64,000 bases of DNA from Phyllosticta citribraziliensis (Eukaryota). Positions 40,906 through 52,304 of the stretch are shown in pieces. Where the stretch lies: NCBI RefSeq assembly GCF_038025025.1, contig NW_027117339.1, positions 806,001-870,000 on the forward strand. The letters run 5' to 3'. The translations under genes were made by a program, and so were the position numbers. The notes below the pieces were generated by a model. It was not told the DNA's origin. It was given only the letters and a program-made list of their open reading frames with translations, and ran no database searches. The stretch's first letter is position 1. Every line of letters begins with the position of its first letter.

Positions 40906-41340
40906 TCAGTCTCCATCAACACCAACACGGCGCGCACGAGGCAGTTGGCTTGACTCACTGGCCGCCATGTTTAGCCTCTCTTCATCGCTCTCGCGGAACC
41001 AGTGCCTCACCGCCTTGGTTTTGAAGCACGAGTCGCTGACAACCAAGTGCGCCGCGCCGCCGCTCTTGGTGCACCGTCGCAAGTCAGACAACACGAGGGT
41101 CGGACGAGTCAGGTATTCGATGCTGAGGTCACACGTCACGGCATCGAGCAACTCGTCGCGCTCGTGCGGCACGTCATGCAACAATGGCTCTCTGGTCAAA
41201 TCGCGACGACACAGTCATGGCGCGGAGACAGGCAAGGCGAGTTGTAGTCCAGTGACGGGGATGCGGACGCGAGGGCGAATCATTGCCAGTCGCGCAGGTC
41301 ACCCAGTTGGTGGCGAGATTGAAGGAGCGACGCGCCGCTG
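40906..41340 (-). pseudogene. Degenerate remnant of a class I SAM-dependent methyltransferase
   Basis: RDLTREPLL..LDAVTCDLSIEYLTRPTLVLSDLRRCTKSGGAAHLVVSDSCFKTKAVRHWFRESDEERL resembles the recalled pattern VSIDYLTxP..VSNRCFPTKA..W...EER. The upstream part is broken by a stop and frameshift. Confidence 0.5.
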
Positions 41341-42887
41341 CATCGCAGCTGTTAGCAAGAAACGCGCTGCTGCAGATCCAGGCGCAGTGCAATGTTCGCA
41401 GAAAAGTGAAGGAGAAGAGCAGTGCGTAGAGCAGCAGCATCTGCAGCTTAAGCTTTCCATCCCGACCGTTGTCTATCGCCGTCACCCATGACACGACGTC
41501 CGCGAGGCTATACCCGGCGCCGCCATCCCAGCTAGCTGAGCTCGGCCTCTCAGGAACAAGCTCAACTCACTCAAACCCCCACTGCGCCATGCAATTTCTC
41601 GCCGTTTCGTGGCATCTCTGCCCTCATTTCTCTTTCTCCTTGACTTCCATGCATGCAGGTCAAACATTGTCCATGTTTCGACCGACCGTTTCGATCCTCG
41701 AGTTTGGCTCTTGCAGATCACTGCAGCCACCCCCAACCGACCAGCTTCCCAGCCAACCAGTCCGCCCCGCTGCTTGTGCAGCACTCTACTGACACGCGGC
41801 GAGGCGCCCTTCCCCTTTATGCATATGCATGCCGGGCGCGCTCGACGTGTCCGATCGAACGGTCGCGACTTCTGCGTCTCCTCTGCAAAAGGCGGGCCTG
41901 CATGCGCCAGAACATGTGTGCTGCAGGTCGGTAGGTCGGTACTTGGCGAGTTAATACTCCGGAGGCGCAACTTGTTTCTATGTATAAACTGTGCATTTGC
42001 TCTTTGATTTATGCCAAGTCGACGAGTTGGTCTGGTTTGGCATGTTTTCACTCTCATAGTTTTCAGAGGATGATGGAGTGCCTTGTTCGTCCTCCTCCGG
42101 CTTTTTCGTTGCTCTTCTTCAGTGTGGTACGCGTCTCTGTCATACCGAGAGACACCGTCCTGCTGCTTCTAGCCGCTGCGCATCAATTCCAAATACCTTT
42201 CCATCTCGCTGCCGTCAGTCTCCCAACATCAGTCGACAAAAACCCCATCAAGCAGCCTCTCCAACGTCAGCAGGCAAGCAGGCCAGTCCGCTAGTGACCG
42301 AACGCCATCACCAGTCACCACCACAGCCCGCCAAGCCATCAGCCTCCCTCCCGTACAGATCCCACTCGTGCTACCCCAACTTCCCCAATGCGGGAAGTGC
42401 TCCAGCATTCGGCTCGCTCCCGCTCCGGGCGACGGCCCTGTCTGTCGGGTGCGGCGGTGGGTTTATATCCGTTGCCACGGTGGTGGCGGCGATCCCGTTG
42501 TAGTATGTGTTGCTGTGTTGCTGTCGCTGCTGTTGTGGGACGGTGATACCGCTCATTTGCGCCCTGATGACCGGACGGTAGACCGCTTTCTCTGAGAGTC
42601 GGTGTCAGAGGTTGTGGTGCACAGAACGGCGATGTGGTAGCCACGGTGGGCGTCGAAAGAGATGGGACCTTTTGGCATTGCGAGTGGTTGCGCTTATGAA
42701 GCAGCCGTTCAAAACTGCAGCAACACACGCGGAGTCTCATTTCTTTCGACTGCCACTGTGTGCTATGTAGGCCCCACTTCTGTTCGGCATGTTCCCCTAG
42801 AATCACTTGGGTTGTGCGGTGTTCCCGTTGAGCAATAGTAGAAGATGCATCTCTGCTGTTTAGAGATGACTAACGTGCCATTTGCCA

Positions 42888-45800
42888 TTAGTAAATGTAT
42901 TGGTAGAGATAGAGAACGTTGACAAATAGTGAGAGGCAAATTGCTCCAACGTTCCATGCTTCCTGCTTTTCGTCCTGGAGGGTTTTCTGCTTTTCTTCCA
43001 GCTTGTCTTCCAGCTTGTCCTCTTCTTCCTTTTCTTCTTTGCCCACCTGGTTCTCTTCCCGCTTACCTTCCTCTTGGTCTCCCTGTCTTCCCATCTGTTT
43101 TGGTCGTTGCTCGTCCTCCTGCCTGTCTTCTTTTTCGTGATTCGATGTTTCGCCTTCTTTCTTTTCTTGTTTGTGGTTCTGCTCGTCTTCCTGCTCCCCG
43201 TCCGGCCTTCTTTCCTGCCGCTCCTTCAGCCGCTCCTCCTGATCGTGCTCTTCTTTCTGCCTCCACTTCTGTCCCTCGTCCACGTCATCATTCTGATCCT
43301 CCACGGTTCCGTCCCTCACTTTCGCCATATCATCCTTTCCATTTGGCAGCCTGAGAAACGCAATCGCCTCTTCATACCGAGAGAATCCACTCCTTTCGGT
43401 GATTCCCGGCATCGAATGCGCCAAACTCTCCAACACAGCCAAAGTATTTGGTCTCAACTTCCCAGAGCACAGCTGCTTGTTGAGAAGGTATATGATGGTC
43501 GTCGCGATCCGCGCGAGTTCAACCTCGCGGTCCTGGCCGTAAGCTCCCTTGCGACCGTATTGAATGCCTTGGTGGACCAGGCTGGAGAGTGCTTGCTGGT
43601 TCTCGGGTGGGATGCTTTCAAACCAGTCCAGGATCACCAGAGCCAAGGTGGCTGCGCGGTCCGGGTCGTGTTTTTCGGCCGTGTGGATCAGCCGGATTAC
43701 GGCTTCGGTGATGGCCTCGACGTGCTCGCCCCCAACGTCCTCTCGCGTCAGGTTGGTTGCGATCTGTTCCATCGGATCTCCCCACTCCGTGGCAGGCGTT
43801 TCAAGCATCATCTTTTGAACTGGTTCGGGTGCGGCCTGGAAAGTTGGTCGCTCCAGGGCCCATTTGAAAGCGGAAACGACTTGGGGGAGGAAGCTGTATG
43901 CAACCTCGCCAATTCCCTGCTTGACGGCTGCCCGGAGTAGTCCAATGCCCCCGACTGCCAGGCCCAGAGCTTCCACGTGCATCTCTTCCGAAACACACTT
44001 CTTGTATTCCTCCAGCCCGTCTTGGACCAAGTCGGTAATGACGTCTCCCATCTTGTAGTCGATCGCCAACTTCCACTGTCTCACCCACTCGTCGACGAGC
44101 TTGTCCATCAGGCCCTTCTGCCGGCTCAAGGCCGCTTCCCTCAAGAGCTGGAAGCCTCCTTGCGCGTACGTCTCGGCGTTTTTCTGGTCGCGCGCCTGCG
44201 CTGCCCTTGAAAACCACTCTGCGAACATGCTGACGAATTTCGACACGATTTCCTCCCCCTCTGTGCCAATATCATCGACAGCAACGACAGCCGGGACCCA
44301 GAGTTTGGCCAGGATGTCCGACAGGCGTTTGTATTGCGCGCCGCGTCTGATGGATGTCATCAGAAGCTCCACACCCACTCGAGCCAGACCTTCGGCCTTC
44401 TTGATCCTCTTCTTTTGCGTGTACTTTGGATTTATAAGGTGGCCCTTGAGTTCTTCGGTACGCGCGATCAATACCTTTTGAAGCATCTCCTCGCGTGACA
44501 TCACAATGAAGTTGTTCAACGCTTCGACCCACGAGTTGGCCAGGAGATTTATCACCTGAAGCTCATCGCACGTGCGGATGTGATTGGAGTCTGCGTGTTC
44601 CAGATTTGCGTGCACCGAGTCCACATGCTGCCAGATTGCGTTCTCCAAGATCTTGACCGCAGCCCGTGTCAGTTGGTTCAAAACCTCGCGGTAGTGTCCC
44701 TCCAAATCGTCTCGTCCCAGGGACGACCTCCTTGGTGTGCTTTCGGCAGTCGGGCTTCTCCGCGTAATTTTGACGACGAATGAACCCCGGTTTGATGCAA
44801 GGCTGGGTCTGGGTCTGTATTGTCTTTGCGCCGTGGCGAGGCTGGATATCGACAGCCTTGGCCTCGTGTCAGCATCGGGAGCAGTTAGGCGTCGCTGCTC
44901 GGCGGCAGCTTTGGATGGAGTTGGTTTTGGTCCGGTTTCACGCCCCGTCGTATTACCTTCAGGTCCGCTTCCACGTCCCTGGGTTGACGCCTTTTGTACC
45001 GGGTATGATTGGAAATCTGTTGGATCTTGCCACTCGGCAGATTCGGACACCGGGCTTAACGGAACAGTAAAGTCTGGCGCCTTTTGGTTATGCGGAACTG
45101 AAGGTCCGGGGGCATCTTCTTTTCCTCCGGAAGGGTCTTTGCGGCGAATTTTGTGGATCAGACGTCGAAACATCTTCCTGCATCGCTTTCCCCTTCCCAC
45201 AAACAGCTGACGCTTGTTATTGGGACTCGGGGGCTCGCTTCGAGGCTCAAGTTGAGTTACCTCAGATGCAGCAAGGGGCTCGAATGCTTCTTGCGATTTT
45301 CTCCTCATGGAGAGTGCATCTTGGAAGTATTCATCTGGCGCGTCTCTCTCTTCTTCCCCTTCTTCCTCCACAGTCTCCAGTTCTGCTTTTGCGTTCTCCG
45401 TCGTGGCCAGAATAACGACAAATTCGAAAATCTCCTTGCACACCAAGGTCATCGCTTCAAGGATTGGAGTCTTCCCGCTTTTCATCCAAAACTCGAAGAA
45501 TCCCTCCGCGAAACGGATGATGCGCTTGATGACAGCCATGTTGCATTCTGACACGGCGCTCTCAAACAAGTTCCGGTTGACGGTGATGATGGTAAATTCC
45601 TGTTTGCCCTCGAGCGGGGTCACCGTGTTGTACTGCGCAGCTCTTGGATCTCGTTCTTGCAGAAACTTCATGATCTGCTTGTAGCCACCTTCCTCTGCCG
45701 CCTGATGGGCAGTCCCCATTGGGCCCTCGGCCGAGCTTATCGAAGCACCTCTTTGGCACAACAGCTCAACCAGAGACAGATGTCCATTCGAAGCGGCTGC

Positions 45801-48636
45801 GCGCAGAGCAGGTCCGTACCTTCCGGTGCCGTTGTTGACATCTAAGCCATGGTCGATCAATGTCTCGATTATCTTCTCGAACGGAGCCGGGTCCATGGTT
45901 ACGCTGCAACCAGTAGCCGCGGCTGTGAGGACGCTTCCGTAAGTTTCGTTTGTGGCGTGAATGTTGAGCCTGTTTCTCGTTTTCCCTTCTTTCTCCCCCC
46001 TTTTTCGGTCCTTTTTTGTTGTTTCCTTCTTCTCGCTAATCTTCTCTCCGAGGAGGAGCTCAACAACGCTCAAATGACCGTGGAATGCCGCAGCATGGAG
46101 GGATGTACCGAACGGACCTTTTGACTCCTCGATTGGCTTCGTCTGCGTCTTGTACTTTGTGAGGATAGACTTGACGCAACGGTCACAGCCAATCAGAGAC
46201 ACAGCCTGTAGAGCGGTGCCGAAGAAACTTTGCACCTCAACGTCCGCCCCAGCCTCCAAAAGCTCTGATACGACGTCCTCATGGTGCTCTCTGCAAGCAG
46301 CAATCAGGGCTGTTTCTCGTTCGTTGCTTTTGCGGTCAAGATCGGCACCCCTCTGAATGAGCAGCCGTACCAGATGCAGTCTTCCGTGGTGAGAAGCATA
46401 ATGGAGAGGAGTGCGACCTTCGTTGTCGTGTGCGTTCGGATCTTTCAGATGCTTCAACAGTGCTTTGACCATATGCGCAGCCTCGCTGTCTTTCTTGTCC
46501 TGTTCAGTCCGGTTTCGGATAGCCCAGTGGAAGACTGTCGACCCCTCGTCATCCCGCTTCTTCAGGTCTAGCAAGCGTTTCTTAACAAAGTAGTCAAGAA
46601 ATTCGTGGAGCGAGAAGTAGCTGATTATGTGCTCCAGATGGATTCCAGGGGGCAGTGATTTACCCAGTGTCATCAAATAGACTTGGAACGACAACTGCAA
46701 ATTCTGGTTCTTCTTAGACCTCCTCTTCTGCTTGGCCCTGGACGTCTCGAAAAGCTTCTTGAAGCACTTCAAGAGACTTGCATGAGTTTCCTTGATGGTC
46801 CCTCTCGCTGTAGCGTCGAAGCTTTTCATTGTGCTGGAAGCCCAATTACACGACGCAAACTCCAGAAATGGATGTTTGAGAAGGAGAGGCTCAAGACTGC
46901 TATAATCGTACCATTTTGCATTGTCGCATGGCCCCACTGTGAAGTCTGGAGAGCAAAGATGAACAAGGCAGAGTTCGGCGATCAGTTTGTGAGTGTCGGC
47001 TGACTTGTGTCGTGTGAAGAAGTCGAAGGCGCTCCGGTGACAGAATCGAACGCTCCCAAGCTTGTTATTTATGTCAATCAGACTGTTACATGACTGGATG
47101 ATCTTGGTTGGGTCCTTGTAAAGTTCATGTCTGAAGTCTTTGTTGGGTCTTCCGGTTGTGGTGTCGAGCGAGAGCGCCTCGAGCAAGACTTTTAATGGCA
47201 TTGATCCGGTCGTATGTGCAAGCAGCGCCATGGTCCTGGTTGTAATTTGTCGCTCCTTTAGATCTCTATCGGGTGACTCAAAGTCTTTGACGTAAAATTC
47301 ATATATCCGGTCCATCTCCTTGGGCGGGGTAAGTTCTGTGAGAGCAGGTCTGACGGCGGATTTGTAATGCATATTGCAGAATCGTACGGTTTGCAGCTTC
47401 GCCCACAAAAATCTAACCAACGAGACGAAAGTCAGTTGTGAACATATTTGGATTGTGTGATTGAACTTACATTCCATCCGCTTGGTTTTCCAAAGCATCC
47501 CGAACTTTAGCTTTGAGTCTTCTATCCTGCTGGAAGAGATCCGAGTCTAGATATTTCTCCAAGTAAAGATGAATGTCTTTGGCATTATCATCATGCTTGA
47601 CTCGAATCGGTTTCAATCCGTGTGGCTTGAGCTTTTCATAGTTAAAGCTTTCCCGTGAGCTGATTGCGACGGCAAGATGGCATTTGTTCGCGCTCTTTTG
47701 ATGCTCCCGGAAGAGCGCATCGAGCCCGTTCACAAAGTGGCGCTGATCGTCCTTGTCGAGCTGGTCCAGCGCATCAACGACGATGAAAACATCGCGCTCA
47801 GCTCTGGCCAGGCAGCGGTTCAGATCAGCTTGGGTCTTCTCGTCATCCGAATTTGCGCATTCATCGACCGATCTCGTCTCATTCTTTCTCATTAATTGCT
47901 CCTCAAACACCTTCAGCATGGATCTGTACTGCTTGTCGTTTTCGTAGCTGACGTAAAAGTATAGTAGGCTCGTGTTTTGGGGCTGACGTTCGTTGCGAAT
48001 ATGCTCAATGACGCGGGACCTGAAGAAAGCAGGTATTAGTATGAATTGTAATTTTATGATGAATCAATTGCAGATGGTGAATGAATGCTCCCTCTAGGTC
48101 TCTTGCAGTGTGAACGTGCACCCTCGATAATACCTCAAATCTCAGACTCCTCGATTCCCGCTGCAGTGCCAGTCAAACGTCTTGCTGTTGTGCAGCGCGA
48201 ATCTGTCATCCAAGGGGCTCAAAAGAACCGGGTGAACTCACATCAATGTTGTTTTTCCGCATCCCGCTGTGCGCTGGTCAATACAAAGCAACGCATTGAA
48301 CTCAATCTCGAATACTTACGGAGCCCATCGATCCACAGGACCGAGTGTTGGTTCTCCATTTTGGCCCATGCTGTGATGTCATTCTCTTTCTCCAACCATC
48401 CAGTCGTGCCAGCAGTAGACCAGCCAGCTTTGGCTGCTTGGTGGTCTTCTTCGGTCTTTTGCTTAAGTGTCTTTTCCAGAGCACTAGTGCCATTCACAGC
48501 TGCCTTTGCATGAGTATTTGGAGACTTCCATCGAGAGATTGGACTCACTGGTCAAGTAAATATCGCCATTGTTGACCCCGTTCGCGATACCAAATATTTC
48601 ACTTTGAGATACCGCTAGAGCTTCTTGTCCAGACAT
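42888..48636 (-). CDS. Fungal NLR (about 1788 aa): N-terminal amyloid-like motif, NACHT, ankyrin repeats, long C-terminal extension
   Basis: Exons 48636-48549, 48499-48320, 48266-48242, 48019-47471 and 47412-42888; all introns GT-AG, frame conserved. Walker A LWIDGLPGCGKTT, LLYFY, Walker B VFIVVDALDQ, AISSR, DGIFLWAKL, VRFCHRSAFDFF, HPFLEFASCNW, and about 8 ankyrin repeats (e.g. GRTPLHYASHHGRLHLVRLLIQRGAD). Confidence 0.9.
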
Positions 48637-49626
48637 TGCGACCGTCGGAACGTAGCACCTCTCTCAAGCTACGGGTTCTCGTTGTCGGCGGTTCCAAAAT
48701 CAGTTGCTGGGGGGAAAATTCCTGCCAGTCTATGTCAATCGTGCTGGGTTGAGCTCAATAATCAAAACCCACATCAGACAAAAGCAAACAAAGTCTGCGG
48801 TCGGACTGATCGAAGAGGTAATGCAGATCCCGAAACTAGGTGAAAAGTCCCAGCACATATCCAGTGCATATCTCTTGACACAAAACTGACCATGAAGCTC
48901 CTGGTGGTCTACTCTCGAGCTTCAGTCTGTCGCTCTTGAGAAGACGGTAGGATTCACTCTTGCAATGTCCAAGCCTGTCCTATCATGATCATCGTGATCA
49001 CTGTCTTGACGGACACCACAAGCAGAACTCGAATCTGAGAGCATGCTCCTGACCCCGCATCGATGACCCGATTTTCGTGCTTTTTTGACCAAGGGAATGG
49101 TTCGGAGCTTCTTCCAGCCCTTGCAAAGCAAGAGGAGCCAAACTTTGTCTTGATCGAATGGCGGAAGGAACCGCCGGTTGAAGATTGCCTGTGGCCCCAG
49201 TGTGCTCTGCTTGTCTCAATTTGACCCACCAATTATAAATGAAAACCAATCAGCCATTCACACATGACGAGGGCCCCTCGTGGGTCTCACGATCCCCCCG
49301 GACCATCTGGTGAGGAGATAGACGAATTGCACGGCCCAGCTGTTCGGTCGATATGCCCTTTTGATACGTTTCGCCATATATTGATTGCGCGGTCAGTGTG
49401 AATGCTCCAGCGACGTGCTCATTTCTGGTTTAGCTTCTTGCGCGACTTGGGTAGCTCGTTATCACAAAGAAAATCGTACACATGTAGTCGCAAAGTGGAA
49501 TTTTGTGTCGTGGGACTTCGAATGTCCGGGAAAGTATCTCCGAGAGTCAGAAAAAATAGCGCTGCATAATCTCCCCGCCAGTTCCAGCACTCCCAAAAGG
49601 GGGTCGTAGCCAATGTATGTCCATGT

Positions 49627-50406
49627 CTAATTCCAAGTGTTGTTGGTAGTGTTGCCATTGCCGTTGCTGACACCCTTGACATCGCCGTGGTGGATTCCCG
49701 TCGCGATACCAGTGACATGTGACATGGTGATGGTGTACGAATCGCCGCCAGACTTCTTCTCAAGCTCATCCTGGACGGCTTTTTGCAGCCAGGGGTCGGT
49801 GTCCTGAACGACGTCCTTGAGAGACTTCAGGTTGGTCTTGCCAATGTCCTTGCACTCTTCGGTGCTGAGTGCCACTAGTTTCTTGTGTTCCTCCGGCGGG
49901 AAGACGGTCTCCAGTTGAGCGACGTGCTCCGAGATGTCTTTGATGAACTCTTCGAATTGCTCCTTCTTGTAGAACGCCCACTTGAGGCCGTTGTAAGCCT
50001 TAGCTGCCTCGATCTTGCGCTTGTGGAGAAATTGATGCAACTTTGACCGTATCTTTTGCAAGTCTCGCGGTATTGAGTTGGGGTCGAGTATCTGGTCGCT
50101 GCCCTTCATCTTTTCCTCTATGTCCTTGGCCTCACGTTGTGCGCTATAAAGAAGGTCTTCAATGTCGCTGAGGATGCTCTTTGCTTTGGACGATGGACTG
50201 TCCGCGACATCTTCTCCCTTGCCTTCAACCGTGAGGATCTCGTTAACCACAGCGACTTGCCCCCATCGAGACAGCCGGACCTGAATGATGTCGAGTTTGA
50301 GCTGATACGATCCGAATTGCTTTTCGAACTGTCGTGCGAGCTGAATATTTTTGAAGGTGTCGATTGCGAAGTTGAAAAGGCCAATGGCACTATTGGCGGC
50401 GTCCAT
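49627..50406 (-). CDS. HET-S-like HeLo-domain cell-death effector with a C-terminal Gly/Asn/Thr-rich prion-like tail
   Basis: GLFNFAIDTFKNIQLARQFEKQFGSYQLKLDIIQVRLSRWG aligns by eye with HET-s GLFNNCVDCFEYVQLGRPFGRDYERCQLRLDIAKARLSRWG. Also LKWAFYKKEQFEEFIKDI..LETVFP and DPWL, then tail GGDSYTITMSHVTGIATGIHHGDVKGVSNGNGNTTNNTWN. ATG 50406 has ACC-ATG-G context; alternative ATG at 50439. Confidence 0.92.
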   Translation of the reverse strand: MDAANSAIGLFNFAIDTFKNIQLARQFEKQFGSYQLKLDIIQVRLSRWGQVAVVNEILTVEGKGEDVADSPSSKAKSILSDIEDLLYSAQREAKDIEEKMKGSDQILDPNSIPRDLQKIRSKLHQFLHKRKIEAAKAYNGLKWAFYKKEQFEEFIKDISEHVAQLETVFPPEEHKKLVALSTEECKDIGKTNLKSLKDVVQDTDPWLQKAVQDELEKKSGGDSYTITMSHVTGIATGIHHGDVKGVSNGNGNTTNNTWN

Positions 50407-52304
50407 GGTGTCGAGTGGAGATAGGTGAGAAAGGTGCATATCCAACTCGGTCTACAGGAGTCTTCCTTCTTAAACATGAATCTATCCTTTCCCACTTGGA
50501 CCCAGTGACTCAACAATTGATGCTTTTTCTCCACCCCATCATTGTTGTCACGCACCTGGTGGGGTGGAGGGGCATGTGAGCAACATGAGGGTCTTCTTGA
50601 AAGACTTGTCTCCTCGGCTGAAAGGGCGGAACGCGGTGAGGATTAGTACAGACAAAAGTATCCGGAACAGGACAGGGAGCATCCAAGGCATTCTACGTGA
50701 TTGGTGTAGAAGAGACGGACAGAAAATCCGGGCGAATCAAAAAAAGTTCTAGACGAGTGTGGGGATGCATTCAGATTCCACCCTAGCACATGATTGGTGA
50801 CTTTGTTTGGGTTGCATAAGATCAGAAGGGATATCTTCGCGGTCCATGGATTAGTCCGGACCCTGCAGCGAAGAGATGGAATTTTGAGATGAGTTGTCTG
50901 GGGCCGTGCATTACGTGACGAATCCTCTGAAGCCAGCACGCTGTCTGCTTCAACCAGATCAGGTAGTATCGTGGCCTCCATAACTCAGGCGGCATGGTGT
51001 GCGACATATTCGTTTTACTGTTCTTGATGGTGGTTGGTGTGCAAGGTGCAAACATGCCTGGTGTTGATGTCCAGAGACACCATATTGTCTGCGTTCGCCG
51101 CTTGATCGCTCTCAGCAAAGTCTGTGCCCTGTTCATCTTGTGCACTGGCACACTCATACGGACGGAGCTCCGGCTTAGATTTGTTGGCATAGCTGATGCC
51201 GAGGTACCGGTAAGCCCGTTTTTGAGGGTTCAAATTTTTATGTGGGGAACAGCGGGCCGCCAGCTTGGTCCAAGTAGATGCGAGCACGTACTGGGCCTGG
51301 ACTGATTGAGTAGCGCTGTATTTCGTGTTGCAATCAATACTGTCCGTAAAGCGGAAATAGGCGAGCCGGATTCGATTCGGGGATGCTGGGGGAAGAGTGA
51401 GACCCTCATAATCTTGCAGCTGCCGCTCGTGTCGTGATTTGTGCTGTTGTTCTTTGTTGCGGCGGCTTGCACAAGCGCTCCAGCGGATTCGAATGTTGGG
51501 GAGGCCTCGAAACCGCTCTGACTCTGCCACTCAAGTTGCGCATAGATATCGGCGAAGAGAGGGATCTGAATCGCGGAGCAGTTCAACATGGCGTTTCCAT
51601 CCAAAAGAGCGCGGGACTAGATATTTCTGAGGGCTGAAGGAAGCAAACGAAGCACCTTGCTGAAAAAGCCATGGGAAGCGGCACACCAATCTCAGTGATC
51701 AGGATTGAGGTATTGTAGTTGTCCGCGCAGTGAGTTCGAGCGGTCGAATTTTTGGTGTGTAAGATCAGATCTTGGTTGGGTGCAAGGACAAGGCTGTGCT
51801 CCTGGTGGTGACCGGGGAGGTGCGTGATGCCTAAACATCTTTCCAAATCGGGAATGGCGCGGGCGCTGCTCAAGACTTGCCGCAGCACGCTTCATATCGT
51901 CCATCTCCCAGTCTCCAGAATTCTTGGTACCCGCGGAAAAAGTGAAGACTCAAGTTGCCACAGCAAAACGCGAGATCACAGCGAGACCAGACAAACTGAC
52001 GGATAAGCATACCTTCTTCCAGAAACAAACACATCGCTCCCTGGAATAAACGAGAAGACTCAAGCACTTGGATGTCTGCCCCCGAGCTTCTCACACGCAG
52101 GTAGATTTGCGCAGACTTTCGCGTGCCGCATATCCCTAATGAAGTAGGCCATCGAAGGAGTAAAAGGGGACAAGAGTAAGGAAAGAGGAACTCAGGACGT
52201 AAGCGCCGTACAAAATGCTCTCATAAACCTGATCTATCCGTATGACACCGCTCCTGCTCATCTACTTTTCCCAATCCAGTAAGCAGAACAGAGTTCGAGT
52301 CTAT

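Noticed and set aside
45650..46570. Ankyrin repeats as a hypervariable high-identity array
   Set aside because: The repeats are strongly diverged from one another, with no near-identical DNA units.
48243..48548. ORF-track start MSPISRWK for the NLR
   Set aside because: That GTG is the GTGAGT donor of intron 1; the in-frame ATG is at 48636.
50994..51305. Plus-strand 103-aa ORF with a signal-peptide-like start, as a possible third component of the HeLo/NLR locus
   Set aside because: No copy of the shared motif and no recognisable domain; could be chance hydrophobicity.
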